Positions 40,647 to 48,315 of a DNA stretch of 64,000 nucleotides are shown here, one piece after another. Below the pieces are notes generated by a model, which was given only the letters and a program-made list of their open reading frames with translations, was not told the origin of the DNA and did no database searches. Position 1 is the stretch's first letter; each line of letters begins with the position of its first letter. Both the position numbers and the translations under genes were made by a program. This stretch comes from Candidatus Pseudothioglobus aerophilus (GTDB lineage Bacteria > Pseudomonadota > Gammaproteobacteria > PS1 > Pseudothioglobaceae), in NCBI GenBank assembly GCA_014384565.1, contig JACNFO010000039.1:623-64622 (forward strand), read 5' to 3'.

Positions 40647-41758
40647 AAGAAGTAAAAGTACCTGTTCTTCCAGAGTCTATAAACGAAGCGACTGTCGCCC
40701 TATGGCATAAAAAACCGGGAGACTATGTTGAGGTTGATGACGTCATCGTTGAAATTGAAACAGACAAAGTTGTTTTAGAGGTTCCTGCTGAAGAGGCAGG
40801 CATTCTTACTGAAATCCTAGCGGAGGAAGGTGAAACGGTTAATGCTCAGCAAGTTCTTGCTCTTTTAGATGATGACGCTGAAATGCCGACTGAAAAGACT
40901 GAGGCACCTAAAGAAATTATTAAAGAAGCTCCAATAGAGGAAACAAAAGAATCTCCAGTTGCAGCTAGTGAAGAGCCTCCAGAAATAAACCTTCAGGAGA
41001 ATGTTCAAGAGGAGCCTATAAGTGCGCCTGAAATTAATTCATCTAAACCTTCGAGTAATCGAATGGAAGAAAGAGTTCCGATGAGCCGTATTCGCAAAAC
41101 AATAGCCAAAAGACTCCACTCTGCAACCCAAGATACAGCCATGCTGACAACCTTTAATGAGGTTGATATGACTGAGATACTGGCTATGAGAAAGAGCTAT
41201 AAAGAGGCATTTGAGAAGAAGTACTCCGTCAAGTTAGGCTTTATGTCGTTCTTTGTTAAAGCGGCAGTCGAGTCACTAAAAAAATTCCCAACAGTTAACG
41301 CATACCTTGATGGCGAAGATATTATCTATCACGCATACTGCGACGTTTCAGTAGCTGTCTCTTCGGACCGAGGGTTGGTTGTTCCTGTGCTTCGTGATGC
41401 TCACAAGATGGGAATGCACGACATCGAAAAAGGCATCGTTGATTACGCAGTTAGAGCGCAGGACGGAACCTTGGGAATTGAAGAGATGAGCGGCGGCACG
41501 TTCACTATATCCAATGGCGGCGTCTTTGGCTCGTTACTGTCAACACCAATCTTGAACTCACCTCAAAGCGCTATTCTAGGAATGCACAAAACCCAAGAGC
41601 GCGCAGTCGTTGTAAACGGCGAAATAGTCATCAGGCCGATGATGTATCTTGCGCTCTCCTATGATCACAGAATCATTGATGGCAAAGAGGCCGTTCAGTT
41701 TTTGATCTCAATCAAAGACGCTTTAGAGGATCCAGCTAGGCTTTTACTAAAAGTTTAA
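40643..41758 (+). CDS. sucB: Dihydrolipoyl succinyltransferase E2, lacking the peripheral-subunit-binding domain
   Basis: Lipoyl ETDKV; core [27 protein letters not shown]. Confidence 0.95.
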   Translation: MKEVKVPVLPESINEATVALWHKKPGDYVEVDDVIVEIETDKVVLEVPAEEAGILTEILAEEGETVNAQQVLALLDDDAEMPTEKTEAPKEIIKEAPIEETKESPVAASEEPPEINLQENVQEEPISAPEINSSKPSSNRMEERVPMSRIRKTIAKRLHSATQDTAMLTTFNEVDMTEILAMRKSYKEAFEKKYSVKLGFMSFFVKAAVESLKKFPTVNAYLDGEDIIYHAYCDVSVAVSSDRGLVVPVLRDAHKMGMHDIEKGIVDYAVRAQDGTLGIEEMSGGTFTISNGGVFGSLLSTPILNSPQSAILGMHKTQERAVVVNGEIVIRPMMYLALSYDHRIIDGKEAVQFLISIKDALEDPARLLLKV

Positions 41759-41780
41759 AAAGCTAGCTATTTAAGATAAA

Positions 41781-41812
41781 AAAAAGGGCGGTATTTTTAT
41801 ACCGCCCTTTTT
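41781..41812. terminator. Bidirectional intrinsic terminator
   Basis: AAAAAGGGCGGTAT-TTTT-ATACCGCCCTTTTT perfect 14-bp inverted repeat between convergent sucB and amt operon. Confidence 0.85.
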
Positions 41813-41835
41813 AGTTTATTACTTTTTACAGATTA

Positions 41836-42012
41836 CTATTTGTAGTGATCTTGCTCGTCATTGTTTCCTTTGACTAAAATCGCTACCAACATAACCGAGG
41901 CAATGACCGAATACCAGCCAGGCATTGAACTGCCCGCACCAATATACATACCCATATCAATCCAGCCATCGGCATTATAGAGTTCTGCAAAAGATTCAGC
42001 AAAATATCCCAT
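41836..42012 (-). CDS. Unannotated 58-aa small membrane protein downstream of amt
   Basis: MGYFAESFAELYNADGWIDMGMYIGAGSSMPGWYSVIASVMLVAILVKGNNDEQDHYK; AAGGAGG RBS; 11 nt after the amt stop; double stop TAG TAA. Confidence 0.7.
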   Translation of the reverse strand: MGYFAESFAELYNADGWIDMGMYIGAGSSMPGWYSVIASVMLVAILVKGNNDEQDHYK

Positions 42013-42023
42013 ATTATTCCTCC

Positions 42024-43433
42024 TTATTTAGAATCAGATGCAGAGCTAACCATTGACTCAGGATAAGCCTGAGCAGGAACCTTGACTGCGTCAAGACCTT
42101 TGATTTGAACGTCATCTGGGATACGTAGCATTCCAGCTTTGTGGACCAACCAAGATACAATGTACCCTGGAACGAAGCCAAGCAAGAACATTACTACAGC
42201 GCCAACAATTTGGCCATATAAGCTTATTGCAACTGTACCTTCTGGAGCGAATGCACCAAGCCCTGGAACGCCAGAACCGAATACACCAAGAACAACAACA
42301 CCAAACAGGCCAATTGTTCCGTGGACCGTAACAGCGCCAACAGCATCATCGATACCTAAACCTTCTACCCAGTCTGCACATGGTTTTAAAATCATGCCCG
42401 CAACAAGTGAAATAATGATTACGTGTGAGCCAAAGTAAACATCAAGTCCAGAGGCGACTGAGATAATACCTGCTAGACAGCCAGACATCATCCAGAAAGG
42501 GTCTTTAGTAAATACCCATGCACCGATAATACCACCAGCAGCAGCCAAAGTTACGTTAAACGCAAGCGCTGAAAGTGTTATTGGCGTTCCATAAATGGTT
42601 GTACCTTGATCCGCATACCAACTCCAACCTTCACCAGGCAGAATGATACATGCCATTAGGAAGCCGAAGAAACCAACAATAATTAGCATCAAGCCAGTTA
42701 CTGTAAGCGGTAAGTTGTGGCCCGGAATTTTATTCGCAGAACCGTCAGCGTTGAATTTTCCCACACGAGGACCTAGATTAACTAGAATACCTAGAGCGAA
42801 GAATCCAGCAACCGCGTGAACCAATCCAGCCGCACCAAAGTCATGAAAACCGAACTCTGTTACTAACCAACCATCGGCATGCCAGCCCCAAGCGGCAGCT
42901 ACAACCCAGGCAAAAGAGCCGAGGACAATCGCACAGATTACCCAACCTACGGTTTGTATTCTCTCGATTAGCGCGCCGGAAGCAATAGACGCAGTCGTTG
43001 CAGCAAACAGAGCGAAAGCTCCCCAGAATACACCTGACGCACGGTCAGCCATATTTGGACCCATGTACTGGGCTGAATCGCCCCATGGTAATGCAATCGC
43101 ATTGGCATACGCCAAACCTGAAATTTCCATGTACCCGGCACCTGCTGCCAGGGACGTAACTGGAAACGTTGGCAAGGCCCAATAGAACCACCAACCAAAC
43201 AGATAAAACGTTACGATTGTAAACGCAAACGCGAGTAAGTTTTTAATTCCTGACGACAGTACATTTGCCACACGAGTTTGGCCCATCTCATAGAGAAGGA
43301 AACCAGCATGAATAAGAACCATCAAAGGAATTGTTATGTAATAGTACGCTTCAGCAAACATGGTGTTTGTGACCTGAGCCGCACTTTTGACAGCAGCTAT
43401 CTCTGCCGTTAAAGCTAAGATTTGATCTTCCAA
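42024..43433 (-). CDS. amt: Amt/Mep-family ammonium or methylammonium channel
   Basis: HAGFLLYEMG, ASGALIER, HDFGAAGLVH, GPRVGKF, GIDDAVGAVTVHG (twin His). TTG start after AAGGAGA. Confidence 0.9.
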   Translation of the reverse strand: MEDQILALTAEIAAVKSAAQVTNTMFAEAYYYITIPLMVLIHAGFLLYEMGQTRVANVLSSGIKNLLAFAFTIVTFYLFGWWFYWALPTFPVTSLAAGAGYMEISGLAYANAIALPWGDSAQYMGPNMADRASGVFWGAFALFAATTASIASGALIERIQTVGWVICAIVLGSFAWVVAAAWGWHADGWLVTEFGFHDFGAAGLVHAVAGFFALGILVNLGPRVGKFNADGSANKIPGHNLPLTVTGLMLIIVGFFGFLMACIILPGEGWSWYADQGTTIYGTPITLSALAFNVTLAAAGGIIGAWVFTKDPFWMMSGCLAGIISVASGLDVYFGSHVIIISLVAGMILKPCADWVEGLGIDDAVGAVTVHGTIGLFGVVVLGVFGSGVPGLGAFAPEGTVAISLYGQIVGAVVMFLLGFVPGYIVSWLVHKAGMLRIPDDVQIKGLDAVKVPAQAYPESMVSSASDSK

Positions 43434-43668
43434 AACAATTTCTCCTTTTTTTGTTGTAAGTAAACTCTCTCCTTTTTACTTATAAGAACATTTCGCTCTT
43501 ACATTTTTGAGTATAAACAATTTAAAACAACAAATCTACAAAAATTATCTCTAAATTGGGACAATTGCAGAAAGATGTTAAGTTACTTATTAAATAACAA
43601 TTACTTAGTGCGGGTAAATAGTTTTTTGAGATTGACTAGTTATGTGTCAAGATGAACTACAACTAGTC

Positions 43669-44241
43669 TTAACTGCCATAATCTTTAACAATACTGATTA
43701 CCTGCTGCTTAAACTCTTCCTCATGATTTGCAGCAAACTCGTCAATAGTTGTAAGCGAGCTGGCATCGTTCATGCGATCGGTAAAGACAAGGCCGTCAAG
43801 ATGATCAAGCTCGTGCTGAAAGGTTCCAGCGCTTATACCCTTTGCAATAAAGCTGAGGCTTTGGCCGTGTCGATCAAGGCCTTCAATTAGAACTTCTGGG
43901 CACCGATCAACCCTTCCTCTTAAGTTTGGAACCGACAGACAGCCCTCATAAACATTGATTCTCTCTTCTGTTAAAAAGGTTACTTTAGGATTAATTAAAA
44001 CCGTCAAAGGAATGTCTGGCTTGTAGGGGTAGCGAGGATTTTTATTGACCTCTATAACACATATTCGATAAGGGACAGCAATTTGAGTTGACGCTAAGCC
44101 AGCGCCATTAGCGTGCCTCATTGTTTCAATAAGATCATCAACAAGACCTTGGATTTGCTTTGAAGCAATCTGGCTTTCTTCAACCACATTTGCAATCTCG
44201 CGTAGAGCTGGATTTCCAATTTGAACTATTTGTCTAATCAT
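43669..44241 (-). CDS. def: Peptide deformylase
   Basis: GAGLASTQI, EGCLSV, QHELDHLDG. Confidence 0.9.
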   Translation of the reverse strand: MIRQIVQIGNPALREIANVVEESQIASKQIQGLVDDLIETMRHANGAGLASTQIAVPYRICVIEVNKNPRYPYKPDIPLTVLINPKVTFLTEERINVYEGCLSVPNLRGRVDRCPEVLIEGLDRHGQSLSFIAKGISAGTFQHELDHLDGLVFTDRMNDASSLTTIDEFAANHEEEFKQQVISIVKDYGS

Positions 44242-44245
44242 TTAT

Positions 44246-44383
44246 TTATATAAAATCCACAACTAGAATTAATAAAAGCAATATGCTTGCGCCCCAAAAT
44301 AATTGATAGGCCTTATTCATAACGCCGCGAATATCTCGGAGTTCTTTTAGTATTTTTTCTACTTGGTCATCATTCAATTTCAT
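44246..44383 (-). CDS. Unannotated 45-aa small protein with C-terminal TM helix
   Basis: MKLNDDQVEKILKELRDIRGVMNKAYQLFWGASILLLLILVVDFI; AAGGAG upstream (best spaced to the in-frame TTG at codon 3); stop lies 4 nt before the def ATG. Confidence 0.55.
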   Translation of the reverse strand: MKLNDDQVEKILKELRDIRGVMNKAYQLFWGASILLLLILVVDFI

Positions 44384-44542
44384 ACTCCTTATAAATAAAG
44401 ATTTAAAAAATGTATTAGTATAAAGTCCAAATCTGCTTAATTTTTATTTAAATCTCTGATCGTATTTTGTTTGAATTTCACTTGGCCATAAACTATAAAT
44501 ATAATCTATGTGGAGTTTTAATGTAGTTATTAAGCTTTTAAA

Positions 44543-45469
44543 TTAGCTTGCTTTATTAAGGTCAACTAGCGTCTTCAGGCCAATTTTAATGGTGTTGCCT
44601 ATAGCAGCGTCATAGTCTACGACATCATCGCTCGATGTAGAGGCGCTAATCACTGTACAAATTGTCCCGGCTCGATACCCCATCTGGCCACATAAGTGAA
44701 AAAATAGACTGGACTCCATCTCCATATTGAGCACCCGAAGACCATCAACTTCAAGCCTTGAGAGGCTGCCCTTAATGTCAGGAAAGGTATATTTTAGGCC
44801 CTCAATAAAGCGCGAGGACGGGCCATAAAAGCCTGGAGAGGAAACCGTTATCCCAACTTCAAATTTAACGTTATGCTTCGCCGCTTGTTTTGCCAATGCC
44901 TCGGTAATTTCGATAGATGCTTTTGATGCATAGGGAATAATTTTTCCTCTAAATCTTGAGTCTTTAAGCGCTGCATCCGTCAAAATTTGTTTGGCTTTAA
45001 TCTCAATTCTTTCAACTATTTCATCTACCGGAGCCTCATCATAGTAGAGCCCAGTATTATCTAAACCAAGCGCATAGGATGAGATTGCAAGTGTATCAGG
45101 AGCTATATCTGGGTGAACGCCACCAGACGTTCCAAGCCTTATAAATGTCATCGGCGGGCAGTCACTTTTACGGGTGTTATCAGTAAGGTCAAACTCATGG
45201 GCAATGAAGGCTTCAACCAAGGCAATTTCGACGTTGTCTGTGCCAATCCCAGTGCCAATTACAGAAACTGGAATGCCCCTATATGTCCCTGTAAACGTTA
45301 GATATTCTCTATTTGAAATCTCTCGCTCAATCGTATCAAACTCTTTAGAAACCCGAATAGCGCGCGCCGGATCTCCAACGATAAAGACATTCTGCGCAAG
45401 GTCTCCTTTTTTTATTCCCAAGTGGTAGAGACGCTCATTAACAATAACGATCTCAGACCTATCTTTCAT
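44543..45469 (-). CDS. Nucleoside (uridine-type) phosphorylase
   Basis: VGDPARA, NREY.TFTG, GTGIG, RLGTSG, GFYGP, NMEMESS. Confidence 0.82.
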   Translation of the reverse strand: MKDRSEIVIVNERLYHLGIKKGDLAQNVFIVGDPARAIRVSKEFDTIEREISNREYLTFTGTYRGIPVSVIGTGIGTDNVEIALVEAFIAHEFDLTDNTRKSDCPPMTFIRLGTSGGVHPDIAPDTLAISSYALGLDNTGLYYDEAPVDEIVERIEIKAKQILTDAALKDSRFRGKIIPYASKASIEITEALAKQAAKHNVKFEVGITVSSPGFYGPSSRFIEGLKYTFPDIKGSLSRLEVDGLRVLNMEMESSLFFHLCGQMGYRAGTICTVISASTSSDDVVDYDAAIGNTIKIGLKTLVDLNKAS

Positions 45470-45570
45470 ATGTATTAGGATTGTTTTTTGTCATACTAGT
45501 ATTATATTAATAAGGCTCTGAAGATGCAATCAAAAATACTGTAAGATTATTGCCACTAAAGGGAGGAAAC

Positions 45571-45636
45571 ATGGCTAAGGGAAAAGACTCTAGAAAAGAA
45601 AAGAAAAAACCAAAAAAAGATAAACCAATAAAGTAA
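45571..45636 (+). CDS. Putative 21-aa lysine-rich micropeptide
   Basis: MAKGKDSRKEKKKPKKDKPIK, preceded by AAGGGAGG; sits alone on + between two minus-strand genes. Confidence 0.45.
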   Translation: MAKGKDSRKEKKKPKKDKPIK

Positions 45637-45652
45637 ATATTATTGCGAAGGT

Positions 45653-47017
45653 TTACTTTAGGCTTAATAAGATCTCATCTACGATTGCCTCTGTGGTTCC
45701 CGGGTTTACAAAAGCAAACCTCAAAATTGGTTTACCTCTCACGGAAGATGGGACAACAAAACAGATTTGTTTTTTAAGTTGCTTTTTTGACCAGCTCTTA
45801 TAATCTGCCCAGTCCCAACCTATTCTCTCAAAAGCAACGATTGAAAGGGTAGGCTCAATCAACAAGGATAAATGTGACGACTCCTTTATTACGCCTGACG
45901 TGTAGCTGGCAATATTAAGTGAACTCTCTACAGCATTTCGATATGCCTCTACTCCATATACCGATAAAGAAAACCATAGCGGCAAACCTCTCGCTCTCCT
46001 TGACAAATGAAAGGCGTAATCTGAAGGGTTGTCGCCCTCCTCATCGTCATGAAGAATATCCAAATAACTCGCCTTTTGAGCGTGCACTTCTGCTGCTAAA
46101 GTTTTGTCTCTATAAATAACCGCCGCGCAGTCAAGTGGAGCAAAAAGCCATTTATGGGGATCAACGATAAAGGAATCTGCATTTTCAACTCCATTAAACA
46201 AATCTTTGATGTTATCTGAAAGCAAGCCTGCACCACCATAAGCGCCATCGACATGAAGCCATATTTTGTTCTTTTTGGCGAAATCAGATATACCATTAAT
46301 ATCATCTATCACCCCTAAATTTGTCGTACCTGCTGTTGCAACAACCGCAAATATATCAAGACTGTTATACGTTTTTGAATGTTCTCTAAGTTCATTTTCG
46401 ATAAGCTCACGTGTTAATTGAAATGAATCAGTTGTGGCAACAACTATGACCTCACAGTCCATTACTAGGGCGGTACTTTTTACTGAAGAGTGGGCTTGAT
46501 CAGAGCACAAAATAGCCAAGCGTTTTAACTTGCCTGGATTCTTTTTACGAAACTCCTCTCTTGCAACGACCAATGACGATAAGTTTCCGTTAGTTCCTCC
46601 AGCAACAAAGCAGCCTCCAGCGCTCTCAGGCAGCCCAACAAGATCAGCGATCCATCGTATGACCTGGTTTTCAGCCCAGACCGCCCCACTAGCCTCTTGC
46701 CAAGAAACCCCGCACAGGGATCCAGCAGAAACCACTAAATCAAAAATCATTGACGCTTTGGTTGGCGCAGAAGGTATGAAAGCCAGATTCCTTGGCGAGT
46801 CTACCGAAATAATGCTTTGCTCTATAGTATTTTTATATTGATCAAAAACAGTGTCAATAGAATTTCCCATTTCAGAGATAAGGCTTTTGGCATTTTTTTC
46901 AAAAAAATTAACCGACTTTGGGTAATCTAAAGTTGGCGGATCCATACTTAAGCGCTCAATGGTATGAGACAAAACGTTTAATAATATCTTGGAGGCTTTA
47001 TCATCAAATTTATGCAT
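45653..47017 (-). CDS. Group II PLP-dependent amino acid decarboxylase
   Basis: GGTNGN, AHSSV, TAGTT..G.ID, WLHVDGAYG, DPHKWL (PLP lysine). Confidence 0.85.
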   Translation of the reverse strand: MHKFDDKASKILLNVLSHTIERLSMDPPTLDYPKSVNFFEKNAKSLISEMGNSIDTVFDQYKNTIEQSIISVDSPRNLAFIPSAPTKASMIFDLVVSAGSLCGVSWQEASGAVWAENQVIRWIADLVGLPESAGGCFVAGGTNGNLSSLVVAREEFRKKNPGKLKRLAILCSDQAHSSVKSTALVMDCEVIVVATTDSFQLTRELIENELREHSKTYNSLDIFAVVATAGTTNLGVIDDINGISDFAKKNKIWLHVDGAYGGAGLLSDNIKDLFNGVENADSFIVDPHKWLFAPLDCAAVIYRDKTLAAEVHAQKASYLDILHDDEEGDNPSDYAFHLSRRARGLPLWFSLSVYGVEAYRNAVESSLNIASYTSGVIKESSHLSLLIEPTLSIVAFERIGWDWADYKSWSKKQLKKQICFVVPSSVRGKPILRFAFVNPGTTEAIVDEILLSLK

Positions 47018-47028
47018 AGTTCAAGTTT

Positions 47029-47379
47029 TTAATAAGGACAGTTCTTACAGCCATTTTTACAGCAACTCCCCTGCTTTATTAGATACCATTTACTAAATAC
47101 ATACAATTCGTCTTCAATAGTGAAGTCAACATTCTTTATTAGCTTAGGTTGAGCGCGATAGGGCTCAGCAAGTTTTTGAAAACTCTCCATACCATTCTCA
47201 TCTATAAGTGACTCAATTCTGTTGTTAATTGCATCTCCCAGGCAAGACGGGCAAAAACAGTCTTGCTCTGAGGTTGGAGACATAATTGCAGGAAAACTCA
47301 TACACCAGCAGTTGCCTGTCCCAGCGCCACAACCAAATGATTGATTGCACTTAGAGCAATGTTTAGAAGTCATAGACAT
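47029..47379 (-). CDS. Cysteine-rich CWC-domain / DUF5522-like fusion protein
   Basis: CSKC..FGC.....CWC...CFCPSC in the N-half, GSCCKNGCKNCPY at the C-terminus; 12 Cys. Confidence 0.7.
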   Translation of the reverse strand: MSMTSKHCSKCNQSFGCGAGTGNCWCMSFPAIMSPTSEQDCFCPSCLGDAINNRIESLIDENGMESFQKLAEPYRAQPKLIKNVDFTIEDELYVFSKWYLIKQGSCCKNGCKNCPY

Positions 47380-47464
47380 ACTAAATAAAATTGATTCTAG
47401 ATTTTGACATTGATTCTATTGCAATACAACAATAATATATTTATCGCATTAAATAATAAGTTTT

Positions 47465-48184
47465 TTAGTCAAATACTAAATCACACCAATTTTTAAACAG
47501 GGTAAATGAAGCTTTATTATTAACCTCTAAATTATTGGTAATACTGCTCGTTAAATCTTCAAGACCATTAACACTTAACTCTTCAAAAAAGTCAGGTACG
47601 CCAGGAATTTTCATCCAACCATCCAAAGTGTGGCTGCAGACCTCTGGATGAAACTGGCATGAATAGGCTTTATCTCCAACCTGCATAATGTGATTTTGAC
47701 AAGCATTAGAGATTGCTAATATAATAGAGCTCTTCGGCGGCTTTATTATCTCTACTAAGTGCGCATTAACCCATTTTTCAGAATCTTTAAGGTTATTAAG
47801 GAGTGGGTGATTAAGGCCTGCTTGAGTGGGCTCAATTTCAAATAGACCTACCTCATACCGCCCAGTATTGACTGCCTTACCGCCCATTGCTACCGCTAGG
47901 AGCTGATGACCAAGGCAGATGCCTAAAAACGGCATATTTAAATCTTCAACCGCATGGCGAATAGCTTCTTTCTCTTCAATCAGCCAAGGAAACTCTTCTT
48001 CCTCCCATACGTTCATGGAGCCCCCCATCACCCAGAGACCATCAAACTTTTCTAAATTAGGAATTTTGTCACCGGCATGAAGATCAATCTCATGAAAACG
48101 AACATTCTGAATATCGGCAAAATCTCGAAAGATCCCAGGATTCTGAGAGGTCATATGTTTAAAGACTAGGATATTCTTCTTCAT
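47465..48184 (-). CDS. Type 1 glutamine amidotransferase domain protein
   Basis: GICLGHQLL nucleophile elbow; QFHPE. Confidence 0.85.
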   Translation of the reverse strand: MKKNILVFKHMTSQNPGIFRDFADIQNVRFHEIDLHAGDKIPNLEKFDGLWVMGGSMNVWEEEEFPWLIEEKEAIRHAVEDLNMPFLGICLGHQLLAVAMGGKAVNTGRYEVGLFEIEPTQAGLNHPLLNNLKDSEKWVNAHLVEIIKPPKSSIILAISNACQNHIMQVGDKAYSCQFHPEVCSHTLDGWMKIPGVPDFFEELSVNGLEDLTSSITNNLEVNNKASFTLFKNWCDLVFD

Positions 48185-48315
48185 CCTGAATATTAAATAC
48201 TGATAAATTTGTTGAATATATTGTAATTAATAAAATATAAAGCTATCAGCAATTATTTTATTTATACGATTGATTAAAATTCAATCTTAAAATGAGATTT
48301 TAATATTTAGCCTAA

